Shown here piece by piece: positions 35,993-48,072 of a DNA stretch of 64,000 nt. The stretch is from NCBI GenBank assembly GCA_001643675.2, contig LSRY02000016.1, forward strand, positions 1,364,001-1,428,000. Reading direction: 5' to 3'. Both the position numbers and the translations under genes were made by a program. The stretch comes from Monocercomonoides exilis PA203 (lineage: Eukaryota; Protista; Preaxostyla). The first letter of the stretch is position 1. Each line of letters begins with the position of its first letter. Under the pieces are notes generated by a model. The model was not told the DNA's origin. It was given only the letters and a program-made list of their open reading frames with translations, and made no database searches.

Positions 35993-36837
35993 GTAACAGC
36001 CGAAATGCTGTTAGTTACGCAATTAATCACTGAAAAACAGTAAAAGTTGTTGTTAAATAAAAAAAATTATACATCGCAATTTTTCAATTATTTTTGTTAT
36101 CGAGAATTCAATTGACGTAATGATTTTTGCAATTTTTTTGACACTTAATTTATAAGTTAGACAGTTTTTCATTAAATAAGGCAAATATAAATTACATTAT
36201 TATTTAATATTAGATAAAATAAATTTCAATTAAAATGCATTTCTATTTTGAATTTGCAAAATGTGGATACAATAATAAATCAAGATTATCAAATCTCATC
36301 ATAAAGAAAATTTGAAAAAAAAAGGTTGGTGATAGCTGTATGATTTTGAAAATATGTTCGAAATTAATTCACTTTCACATTTACAAGCAAACTTAACAAA
36401 GTTGTGAGAAAGTATTGATGTGCCAGCAGCGCGATTTATTTCGTGTGCTTCGAAAAACTTCTCGTAAATCTGTAAAGTTTGTTTGTAGATATGAAAGTGA
36501 AATAACACGAACATACTTTCAATATCAAAATAAATAAACACTCAGACAAATCAAACTGAGTTTGAATAAAATCGAATCACATTTAGTAATAAAAACAATA
36601 AATTTAATATAAATGATTATTCATTGATAAATAAAATAAATCAAAGCGATAAAAAAAACAGCAGAAATAAAATGATGAATAAAAAATGCTTCAAAAGAAG
36701 CAAATAAAAGATATAGAGTGAATTGCACTTTTTTCAAAAAGTGCAAAAACCATTTTATTCGATCTGACTTTTATCGTCAATGCTAAATTTTGATGTTCGC
36801 AAAATGATCGGCAGGATTTACTGCAAGAATTCATTAT

Positions 36838-38305
36838 CTAGTTTTGATCATGACCTGTTCCATAAAAGCTGATTTGTAAATCTTCGTACCCTTCTTCCTC
36901 CAACTTGTCAAGAATTGCCATTTTCAAGGCTTTATTCTTTTTTTCATCTCTTGCAATTCTTACGTTTTTATTCAATCTTTCTGTCAGCAGTGACAAAAAT
37001 ATCATCCTTTTATCTGTAGACTGATCATCTGAATTGAATTTGCACATTTCCTCCAAAACAAAATCAACAGTTCTTCCTCTTAAAAAATCGCTGAAGAAGA
37101 TGTCTGTATTTTCATCCATGCAGGCAACAATTATTGGAATGCATTTCTCAACAATACTTCTGTGATTATCCTTTGCAAGTCCAATCAATCTTGTTGTGCA
37201 TGCAACCAACCAAGCACTTTCTTCTTCACTCAATTTACATTTCTCTGTATATAAGCAGATTGTTGAATACCATCTCTCAATAATTCCTATTTTAGCTTTC
37301 TCTTTAATGCTCACTGCTTTCTTCTTCCAATCAATGCATCTTGAGAGCTTTTCAATTTCTCCTGTCGATTCACTCACAAAATGCATTTCTTTATAGCTAT
37401 AAAAATTTCTTCGTAATACGTCATAACATTTAATATAAAAAATATGCCAAGCTGATTGATATGCAAGTTGTGAAAGGATGCGCGAGTTCTGATGGTCAAG
37501 AATCAAGGTTTGAATTTTTTGTGCATAAAATTGATCTATTTCAACCTAATTATTAAATATTAATCAAATTTCATTGTTATTTCAAAAAAAAAAAATCGTC
37601 AAACTTTTTCATATTTTAAGATACTAGCAGCAAATAATATCATTTCTGAATCTTTTAGGAAATAATTTTCTTTTTCGATATCCAAAGCGGTATATAAAAG
37701 GTGAAATTCAAGGTTATTCATTGATGCTTTCCTGGAACAGGTGAACCGCTCCAATAAAATTGCAAAACATGCACAAAGATTTGTAAATTGATTTTCAACT
37801 TGACTGGTTTTCAATCCGTCATTAACGATAATCAATTCAAATCTTTGCTTCAAAAATGAATCGTCAAAATCTTCGTTTTTAATTCCTGCCAAAACCTTGG
37901 AATATCCAATGTGCTTCAAAAGCGAAAAGACATTTTCCAATAATAATTTACCATCTGCAATCATGCTGTTAAGATCATAATAAAAATCTTCTGTAATGAC
38001 GGATTGAAATTCCTCCTTATTCATCTCGTCATTCAATTCATTAATTTTCACTTTTTGTTCAGCATCACTGTAATTTTCCAGCCAGGCAATTGTTTCTGAA
38101 TTTTTTTCCAAAATATGTTCAAAAATAAATAATTACAGAGCAAACAAACCGATGAATTTTGTAATTGTAGACAACTGTTACGCATTATCAAACAAGCAGC
38201 AATCGTTAATTGCAGCGTAGGTTTGGTATATTTTACAGTACAACATTCAAAAAAAAAAGCAACAAATAAAAAATCGTTATGAATCAGTTGGCAAACTTTA
38301 GACAT
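36838..38305 (-). CDS. Lineage-specific helical-repeat family protein, paralog 1 (multi-exon)
   Basis: ORFs 37599-38111 and 36838-37506 share motifs with the neighbouring paralog (LLKHIGY, LAYQSAW, EEEGYED). The 5' micro-exons (MSK|LSTITKFI|ETIAWLE) are inferred. Confidence 0.65.
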
Positions 38306-39318
38306 AACAAAAATGCTCAATATATTTCCTTGTATATAATGGGTGTTGGAACAATTAAAAACGTCTCAAAATCAGTAAGTTTTTGAAAAAAAAAATGAAA
38401 TTATTAAAATTTGAAAATTGAAGTGCTTTCTTATCAATAAAAATATAGAAGAATCAATTTTTGAGTTTTAAGGATAAAAAGATTATAAAAATCATGGTTG
38501 TTTCTGTAAAAAAATCATTTATTAAATTGCAATAATTCAATAAAATAATCAATAAAAATATTATGTATCATTTGAAAATGGTTTTTGTTTCAAAAAAATT
38601 TTGGTGAAAAAAATGCTCAACATATGTGTGGTATTTTTTCAAAAGAAATCTTTTAATGTCATTTCACAAAAAATATTGACTGTTCTTTTTATGGAATTCG
38701 TTAATACGTCAAAGTCATTCACAAAATTTTTTCCAGAAGGAAATAGTTAATTCTGTTTTTTCTCCGTGGTTTTATATGAAATTTTGTGGTTTATTAATTC
38801 AAGATATTATTAACGAAATTTTGGTTTTAATTACATTTCGAAATTTTGACTGATTGAATTCAACGATTCAAGAAACATGAAATACATAATTTGGTATGAA
38901 AAGTTACAGATTGAAACCTTCAAAAAGATATTCTCTAATTTCAAAAATGAAAACGACTAATTGTTGTGGTGCATAATTTTCATCGCTATTTTTGGTCTCC
39001 ATCGAAACGAATGATAATAACTCGCAAAAGAAATTGATCTTCGATAAAAAGGAAAAAAAAACATAAGCCCTTTTCGTATTGAGAATTTATTAGAAAAATA
39101 GACGTTTAATTTATAAATCTTGCATAAAAGCTTTTAAATTTTAGTCTTTATTTTTGCATTTCAAGTTTCTGATGTGCAAATAAATATTTCTCGCATCCCA
39201 AATTAAAAATGAATCCTTTTTAAAAAGGCAAACAAAAAAGGATTTTGCAAAAATAATAGTGTCAGAAATAAACAAAATAATCTTCAATATTGCGAATCAT
39301 TCAGCAATTGCTATTTAT

Positions 39319-40862
39319 TCATTTACCAGCGAAATAGTTCAACCCGGTAACGCAATCTTCGTACCCCTCTTCTTCCATTATTTCAGATACCTTTCTTTTC
39401 AACTTCTTTTCTTTTGGTTCTTCCATTTCATCATCGTCCTCTCCTTTCAATCGCCTTTCAATTGCAACAAAAAATGCTAAGAGTTCGCGTACTATTTTGT
39501 CGTTCAATGTTGGTTGCTGTATCTCCTCCAAAAAAACATCAACAGCTCCACTTTTTAGCAAGTCATCAACTTTCACAGCTCTGTTTTCCGCTGCTCTTTT
39601 TGACAATATTATGCACCAGCAGCATATTTTACCGTAATTAACTTTTGTTGCTTTAAATACCTGAACAATGCTGCCAATAAGCTCGGAATATTCTTCATTC
39701 CTCAGTTTGCACGATACTAAATAGCGATCCAATGAATCGAACCATCTCTTTATTATAATCGCTTCTTTCTTTTCGATTCTTCTATTCTCTTTCTCTTCTT
39801 TCTCTCCCCTCCATTCCAACCATTTTGCCAGCTCTTCCAATTCTCTTGACGCTTCTCTTACAAAATTCAGCTCGTATATGATTAAGCTTTCCAAGCTTCT
39901 ATCATCAATAAATCTGTTAATCAAAAATCTCCAAGCTGATTGATAGGCAAGCTGCGTCAAATTGTGATGTTCCTGATGATATTGTATGATCTCTTTGATT
40001 TCATCCAAATACAGTTCTTTTTCCGCTTTCTTTAAAAAGAAAGAACGTAAGTAAAAGTAAAAGAAAATAAATAAATATTTATTGTGAAATAAAATCTTTC
40101 ACACGTTCCAAATATGTGCACAACTTATGGAATATAATGCTATTTCAACTTCTTTTTGTGTTTCCTCATTTACTTCCTTAAGCAAAGCAACTTTGAAAAG
40201 GCATGGTATGCATATTGAAAATAAAGAATTTGACAAATAATTACAAAGCATTAGATAGCATTCGCAGAGATCAATCAGCAGTTTTTCATTTTCTTCTTTT
40301 TTATTCTCATTTTTTTCTATAATCATCGTTTCAAATCTTTCTTGCAATGATGAATTGACAAAGCATAGCAACCACAAATTTTTAAGCACGTTGATGTATC
40401 CAATATGCTTCAACAACAAAATTGCATTTTCAAAAGATAGCTTCTTTTCTTCGATCATTTGGTACATTTCATCGAAAAGTTCATCTGATAAGATGTACTC
40501 CAATTCTTCTTCATCCATTTCATCCAACATTCTGTTTATTTCTTCGATTTTCTGTTTCTGTTCATATTCATCGCGACATTCGAGTTCATTTAACGATTCT
40601 TTTGAAAATGAAATGAAATGAAATATCATTGCAAGTTCAATCAAAAAATAAATAAATAAATTAATAAAATAAAATAAAATAAAATACATACTCGAAAACC
40701 TTTCTGTCAATTGTTCCTTTTATATGAATGAAAAAAAAGAATTGAAGACAGTAAGCAACCACAATTGTTGAAAATATTTCAATAAAGAATTGAAACTGAC
40801 CATTGAAAACGAAGCAAAAATTGTTGTTCAAAAATAAAAGAGCAAACCGCATTTAGCTCCAT
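39319..40862 (-). CDS. Lineage-specific helical-repeat family protein, paralog 2 (multi-exon)
   Basis: ORFs 40099-40710 and 39319-40008 contain LLLKHIGY, EETQKEVEIAL, YHQEHHNLTQLAYQSAW and MEEEGYED. Putative first exon MELNA at 40862 is inferred. Confidence 0.7.
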
Positions 40863-40905
40863 TTGCTTTTGTCCTTCAATTTTCAATCCAGAAATGCAAA
40901 AGATT

Positions 40906-42191
40906 GGTACAATCCCAATTGGCGGACAAAACCCATAATTTTTAATGTCAAAAAAGAAAAAAATATATATTCAAATACAAAAATCATGTTTTTTTGTTGA
41001 AGATATGTTAAAAATGAAAAGTGCTGATGGGTGCTGTATTTAGAAAATAAAAAATATAACAATAATATTTTTTTGTTGTTTGTTCATAAAAAACTTATAA
41101 AGAATAACACAGAATGGTTTGAAAAATGAACAAATGGAGAACAAAAACTTTGCACGTTATGTGCTTTAACTTGTGGCATTCTGATTCATCGATGTTTTTT
41201 ATTTCATCTGAAAAAAGAAAAAAAAAGTTAATTGATTAAAAAATAAAAAAATCAAACTTCCATTTGTTTATAAATATTATTGACAGCCAAGGTGTCCAAA
41301 AAGGTGTAATAAGTGCTGTCTTCTTGCCTTTTGGAAGCGAAAAAATCCATGTATGATTGAATTACGGAATGTCTGACTCCATGTGGTAGTAAACTTTTCT
41401 GAAACAAGGACCAGAGACCTTCTATGCGGTTTGTGTGAGTGTTTGTATCTTTATTAATAAATGTTTTTTTATGGTTGACCATTCAATGTATGTAACCTAG
41501 ATTTTCCATTCCATTGCAGGCCCGCCAGCTGTCGCTGTTGATTATAGAACCCAATTCAATGTTTCTTCTCACAGAAGAATGCAAAGTGTGCTTTTTTCTA
41601 TCTGGAACCATTTCCATAAACATATTGCTTTTTCCTTTTCCTGTTTGAGGGACGTCAATACCTCCGAAAACCCACTGCTGAGGTTTTTTCTTCCTTTTTT
41701 ATATTTTCTGCGAAATAATAGCATCTCATCAATTTGAACTATTCTGTTGACTCCATCAATCCTTCTCTTCATAATCTGCATTTCCTGAGATACTGTGCTC
41801 CAAAATAGAGAATTAATATGGCAAACCGTGTTTTTGGACAGATTTGTAAGAAAGTTGCCTGTTTTGCTGTAATATTTATCCAAAAGGACAGTGATAATTT
41901 CATGAATTGATGCATTTTTATTCGGATTTTTTCAAAAACTGTATTTTTCCTTATGCCGACTGATTGGTGTTGGCAACGGAAGCGAAATCTTTCTTCTGCT
42001 TCTTTTTTGAATCCAATCATCTTTTTGCATTTGCTGCTGTAAATTAGCTTCTTAACAAGATTCCTTTCCACAAGAAAATCAACGGTTTTTTCTTTATCGT
42101 TGAAAGTTTGGCTCAATTTGGATATTTCTGATTTTTTGTATGAATTTTCCATATTTGATAATGAATGATGTCCGCCTATTGGGATTGTACC
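40906..42191 (-). mobile_element. Merlin / ISXO2-like (IS1595-related) DNA transposon, 1286 bp, full-length but decayed
   Basis: 23-bp TIRs with 1 mismatch (GGTACAATCCCAATWGGCGGACA at 40906-40928 and 42169-42191); perfect 8-bp TSD AAAAGATT (40898-40905 and 42192-42199); internal DDE transposase remnant. Confidence 0.92.
41252..42152 (-). pseudogene. ISXO2-like DDE transposase pseudogene
   Basis: Motifs VQIDE-x5-RKYKKGR, QWVFGGID, GSIINSDSWRA, VNHKKTF and THTNRIEGLWS, read across two frameshifts and an in-frame TGA at about 41483-41485. Confidence 0.88.
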
Positions 42192-42650
42192 AAAAGATTT
42201 CCCAAATAATTGTATAATAATAGGAACTCTTTGATCAAATCAGTAAATACTCAAATGATTGAGATGAATAAAGTTTTCATCAAAATGAAAATGATAAAGC
42301 ATTTTGATTATATATGAAATTTAAGTAAACTTTCCTGTTTGGATCTTTCTGAAAAATGAATGTAAATTTCACAAAAATAAAAACGGAGAATGAATGTGAT
42401 TATTTTGTCAAAAAAGACTTAAATTGCAAAACCGCATATAAAGATCATATAAAACAACTCAACAATTAGGATCCAATAATAATTATTGATATTGTTTGAA
42501 GTGAAAAACTATTCCTCTGTGATATGACAAGTTAAAAAATCATTTATCTACAGCAAAGCAATTAAATAAAAAAAATAAAAATTGAAATAGAAAAAATAAA
42601 AAAATTGATGTTTATTGATATTTATTTTATATAAAATAAATTTTAACAAG

Positions 42651-43049
42651 TATAGTTTGTGTTTATAATTGTTGACACCATCAATAACTGTGGACAGTTG
42701 CATTATATCAACAACCATTGAAAGTTGTATTTAGATAATTACCCCAATTATTCCCTTATTGAAAACAAACTTATAAGTCACCAAAAATGAAACATCTTGC
42801 TCCCAAATATAAAGAAAACACATTTTTTTATTATTTGTGAAACTAGGAGAAATAAGATTCTCCGAAAACGAAAAATACTTTTTATAAAATTTTATTGTGA
42901 TGGATGGACAATTGAAACAATTCTTATAATTTCATATTCATTGAGGGAATAATTGGGTTTACTGTCAATATGCAACTTTCAACGGTTGTTGAGATAATGT
43001 CACTGTGCACAGTTATTGAAAGTGTACACTATTATTAACACTAACTATA
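42651..43049. repeat. Imperfect fold-back (palindromic) element, ~400 bp
   Basis: 42651-42757 aligns with the reverse complement of 42943-43049 at roughly 80% by eye; central stem GGAGA...TCTCC near 42850. Confidence 0.8.
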
Positions 43050-43120
43050 TTGCGGAAAAAGATTTTTTCTTAACGCTCATCAGCTTCTCACTTCGGCACG
43101 GAAGAGTTTTTTTGATATTT

Positions 43121-43387
43121 GGGGGAAAATACCGAATTTCAAGCTTTTTATGCACAAAGCACTAAAAATAGCTTCACTTATAACTTTATATCGCTTTCTC
43201 AGATTTCAAAATAAATAAGATTTTCATATCCGAAAACAGACATCGTTGAAATCAAAACATTAAGTTTTCCAGCATTTTACGTATTTCAAAAAATCGACTC
43301 ATTTTTATTGTGTTTTTTGTTCTCAAAAAGTTAATGAAAAGTGCATAATTTATCAATGAAAAAGCTTGAAATCTCATATTTTCCTCC
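43121..43387. mobile_element. MITE-like element with GGRGGAAAAT termini and 4-bp TSD ATTT
   Basis: Left end GGGGGAAAATACCGAATTTCAAGCTTTTT versus reverse-complemented right end GGAGGAAAATATGAGATTTCAAGCTTTTT; ATTT directly flanks both sides. Confidence 0.7.
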
Positions 43388-43460
43388 ATTTTTTTTATAT
43401 ATTTTTTTATTTTTTATATTTTTATATTTTTTGTTTTATCTGATTATATTTTATTTATAT

Positions 43461-43713
43461 GGGCGATTATATATGAGATTTTAACTTTTTTGAGAGTGTT
43501 TAATTTTAAAATTTCTTTTGAATATGGCTAAAAAAATTATTTGTTGCATATTTTTTGAATTGCAATTGTGACGAAATGAAACCTTTGAAATGCATTCATG
43601 AAAAATCTTTTGTGGGCAGTGAGATCACTTTTCTATGTTCGCTTTCAAAAACATAACACAAATTTCTATTGTTAATTTTTTCTGAAAAAATATGATATCA
43701 ATAATAATCGCCC
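43461..43713. mobile_element. MITE-like element, GGGYGATT family, TSD ATAT
   Basis: ATAT-GGGCGATTAT ... ATAATCGCCC-ATAT. Confidence 0.7.
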
Positions 43714-43937
43714 ATATTTTCTTTTTTTTTCTTTTCCATTGCAGAACAATCAGTTTTCTCCTGTGCAATTATGAAAACTTTTCGATTCCGTTCAAAATTT
43801 TATAATTGATTTCACATTAAAGTGATGAAGCAAAAAATAATTTGAAAAGATGATTATCATTGTTTGAATATTTTGAATTACATCTATCATTCGACTGCAA
43901 AAAATACAATCAACATTTAAATAATTATTAATTATAT

Positions 43938-44175
43938 GTGTGAAACTTTTTGAAATCATATCTTTTTTCGGGGTGTTGATTTTTCAAAGATTGTCATTTT
44001 TTTGAATGAAAATTATATATCTAAAAAGAAAAAGCATGATTATTGTTTTTTTGAATCAAAGATTAAAATGCACTCATGAAGTTTTTTCACTTTTCAATTT
44101 TTATATTGACATTCAAGTAAAATTTTGTTCCGAAAATTTTAAAATAAAAAAATATGATTTCAAAAAGAATCACCC
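43938..44175. mobile_element. MITE-like element, GGGYGATT family, TSD ATAT
   Basis: ATAT-GTGTGAAACTTTTTGAAATCATAT ... ATATGATTTCAAAAAGAATCACCC-ATAT. Confidence 0.7.
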
Positions 44176-44479
44176 ATATCGAATTTTTTTTATCAAAAAT
44201 TTCAGAATGATAATTTGCCTTTATGTGTCATTTAAACGAACACCGATAATTAGTCACCCATGAAAAATTAATATTGCTGTGAATTTTTCTCATGCATTAG
44301 ATATAGTGAGGGAAAAAAGCTTTTTCATTTGAATGAAAAAACTCCAGTTAAAAACAAAGAATTTTTGAAAAACCAATACACTGAAAAAAGTTTTCGTTTC
44401 TAAAATCATCTCTCTTTTATTTGACACAAGATACAGTCACATTGGATTGTTCACATTTTGAATTATTTTTTTTTAAAAT

Positions 44480-44734
44480 GGGTGATTATATTTGAAAACA
44501 TATTTCTTCAATCAAAATTTTCGGTTCGAAAAATTCCCTCGAATATCAAAAAAAGAACACTGAAAAATGAAAAGACAAATAATTCACATCAGCCTCTTTG
44601 AAAGTGCTGGAAAAATTGTTATTAAACCAGTCATGATGAATTTTGTATTTGAACACAAAATCTCTTCCAAAATACAAACAATATTTGAAAAATTAGCTCC
44701 CCGAAAAAAGTTATGATTTCAAAAATAATCACCC
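44480..44734. mobile_element. MITE-like element, GGGYGATT family, TSD AAAT
   Basis: AAAT-GGGTGATTATATTTGAAAACATA ... TATGATTTCAAAAATAATCACCC-AAAT; the right arm closely resembles the left arm of the 43938 element. Confidence 0.72.
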
Positions 44735-44769
44735 AAATAGACATTTTTTCTGTGTGTGTTTTCATGCAC

Positions 44770-45153
44770 ATACAGATATCGCACAAAATACCGGACAAGA
44801 TCCATTTCACAATAACTGCAAGAGGAATAATTCTGACAATTTTCCTCAAAATATATCTCATCAATACAAACACATTTGATAAACGAGACTTTCTTTACAG
44901 CTTCATTTGTGCTCAGAAAATATTAATGATTGAAATCTCAAAGAACAAGGATTTTGAGTTTCTCTGAGATTCGGAAAATAATTTTCTTAGAGCGCAAATA
45001 AAGTTGTTTTGATAGTCTCGTATGTCACGTGAGTTTGTATTGATGAGATGTATTTTGAGGAAAATAGTCGGAATTATTCCTCTTGCGGTTATTGTGAAAT
45101 CGATCTTGTCCGGTATTTTGTGCGATGTCCGGTATTTTATGCGATATCTGTAT
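44770..45153. repeat. Long fold-back element, ~385 bp, with ~160-bp arms
   Basis: ATACAGATATCGCACAAAATACCGGACAAGATC...GAGGAATAATTC...CTCATCAATACAAAC is mirrored on the right arm, which also carries a 19-bp tandem duplication. Mirrored ORFs 44713-44967(+) and 44913-45194(-) have similar translations. Confidence 0.88.
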
Positions 45154-46407
45154 TTATTCACATCAGAAATATGTGAAAAATCAATTCCAGTCAAAACAGT
45201 ATTTTATCTCATCGATAATTATCAACATCAGTTTTTTTTATATTTTTCTGTACACTGATATTTTTTTTTCCATATTTTCATTCATTTTTCGAAACATTTC
45301 TTAAAAGGATCAATTAAACAAAATCACTTATTAATACCCTTCCGAGTGGAGGAATTCAAATATGACATAAATTAATGATTAAAAATGTGAGATTATTTTT
45401 TTAATTCATATTTTTTTCTGTTCAAATTTTCAGTTTTTATTTTTGCAACGAATATTCATATTTGAACAATGAAAAGTGATAACTCCAATTAAAAACATCT
45501 CCATCTATCTTTCTCATCTTGCTTTGGCACTTGCAATGATTGAAATGCATTCAACGTTTGGATGAAAGTATCTGGCCATTGATGAAAAACTATTGGATAT
45601 CAAGCGCACAGAAAAAAGTTGTGATGCAAAGAATAATCACACAAATATCAATTTTTCAATAAATCAAAAATGTGAAATAAAAAGCCCAAACAACATTTTG
45701 TTGGACAAAATTGTCTTTTATGAAGAAAATCGGGGTTTTTATTAAAAAAAATTTTTTTATAATTGAAAATTAGAACCAAAAAAAAAAAAAAAAAAAAGAA
45801 ACTTTAAAATATCGAACTTGTCTTTATCCTGCGAAATGAAAAATTACGTATTATCACAATCGGATATCTCAACGAAATGTTTGTCACAACCTGTTGTTGT
45901 CACATCCGATTTTGACTGTAATCTGTTCCTTTGTTGTAGCACCGAAACCAAATATATGAGATTTTTGAATGGTGTTGAACAGTTCACTTTGAGTCATCTT
46001 ATTCTGAACTTTTTAATTTTGAATTAGTTACAAGAATTCAAATCGAAATAGGAATTGACTTTATTTGATTTCAAAAAGAATCACATAGTTATTTGTGTAC
46101 TATATCAAAAAGAAAAGGACACACATAATTCAAGCGCAATTCAGTTTATTCAACTTGATTAATACTAAAAAATATTTATCATTTATCGGAAAGGCTACAG
46201 AATAAGAAATAATATTAAATAAAGATTTCATTTTGCGTAAAAATGAGTCACAAGAAAAAAAAATTTTTTTTTAAAAATTTTCATTTCATCCGAAGAGTAA
46301 TAAATAAACAACAGAAGTGAAATCAGAAAAGGAAAAATAATTTTCGAAAAAAAGAAAAGAAAAGAAAAGAAACATTGAAAAACACAAATAAAACTTTGAG
46401 ATGTGTG

Positions 46408-48031
46408 TCAAGTTAAAGCGCGGATTGTTGCGATATCCTCCATCAGTTGCTCAGCTTCTCGTTGTTGCCTCCTAAATTAAAGATAACAACATATTAATAA
46501 CAACAAGCATTCAATGCAATAATAAATTAATAAATAAATAAAAACAACAAATCACAAACTGACTCATTCTTCCTCCACCAGAGCTCGACCCCATCCTTCC
46601 TGTGCTTGCAGGCATCAAAACGCCATTCGGTTTCCTGGCAGCCAGCCCCGTTCCTCTCTTCGAAAACCCGCTTGCCGACATCGAAAGGTCGGGCCTCCCT
46701 GCCCATCCTGCTGACGATCTGGTACTGCCTCCCCCCATCGCCTGCTTCTGCATCTGCGTCTTCTCCATCCGCTGAAGCGCATCTCTTGCTTTGATCTGCT
46801 CCTTCTGCTCATTCGACAGCATCTGAGGCGCAATCGGCATCTCCCGCGCCTTCACTGTGCTTTCCCCAGCCCATCTCATCGAAGGCAGCGCAACCGACGT
46901 CGCTGCCGCCACTGATGATGGTGATGATGGCGATCCCTCAAACGATCGTGTTGCAACACCTTCTCCCATCTCCTGTCCTTCTAAAGCCCCTGCCTCCATC
47001 ACTGGCTCTCTCTGTTCCATCACTCCACTCCTCGCCATCTGTTGGCTGCTTCCGACTGCTCTGCGCCCGCTGACTCCTCCAAACACACCACCAGCTGCGG
47101 GGAGCACTTCCATCCTTCCTTTCCCACTCATTCCTCGTGTGGTGGCATACGACCTCCCCCGCTTCGTCGCCCTCATTTCTTCTTTCTCCTCCTCTGCTTC
47201 TTCCACTCTCTCAATCTCGCCTTTCACTTTGTCTGGGATGAAGCTCAGGAACGGCGAGGATTTTTCCATATCCAGCAGCAAGCTGTGTCCTTCGTAGCCT
47301 CGCGTCACTGGATGCACTTTCTCTGCTGGTTTGGTCAGCTCTTCAGAAGGAAGAGGTCGCCAGGTGACTGGATCGATCTTCTGCCCCGCTGAGGCTTTTG
47401 TGTCTGCGCGGCTTGCTGAAGAGGAGTTGAGAAGTAAGATTGGGAAGAGTGAGGGGAGGTAGGTGATGAAAAAAATTATTTTGAAATGAAAAGATTGAAA
47501 ATTTGAAATCAATAGAAGAAGAAAAAGAAGATGTTGGAAGATTAATCAACAAAAATTGAAGTGTCATAAAAAAACATCAATGAATATTAGATGCAAACCT
47601 AATCTCTGATGAATCAGATTTGTGTGTTCCATTTCTTCATTCCGTATTATTTCTCTTGTTGCTTCTCTGAAAACATCAACAATTAAAGAAATTATCCAAA
47701 AAAATTACACATCCAAAAAAAGTGATTCGAAATGAATGTATTTTTAATATGAAAACATAAAGGCATGAATTTTTAAATAACAAAAATGAAAGAAACAGCA
47801 GAAATGGCATACGTCATCACAGCAGACGAATAATCTGGATCAACAGGATTAGTCACACGGAGAGAGCGACGCTTTATTGTTCTTGTTTTTGGATTGAAAT
47901 AAAAATTTAATAAAAATTTAAAGCAGAAACAAACAAAAATCAGATGAAAGAAATAAAAAAAATAAGAAGAATAATAATTAAAACGATACAGAGAGAGAGA
48001 GAAAAAAAAAAATAGGATAATGAATTTATTT

Positions 48032-48072
<41 letters not shown>

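Noticed and set aside
36723-36746. Perfect 11-bp dyad TTGCACTTTTT-TC-AAAAAGTGCAA downstream of a gene
   Set aside because: Single, short and AT-rich; could be chance, and bacterial-style terminators are not expected here.
42651-45173. Possible CRISPR-like or attC-like cassette array
   Set aside because: No constant direct repeat with regular spacers, no cas or integrase gene, and a eukaryotic context; TIR/TSD structure explains it better.
44631-45258. Four short ORFs with mutually similar translations
   Set aside because: By-product of the DNA palindrome; no coding signature.
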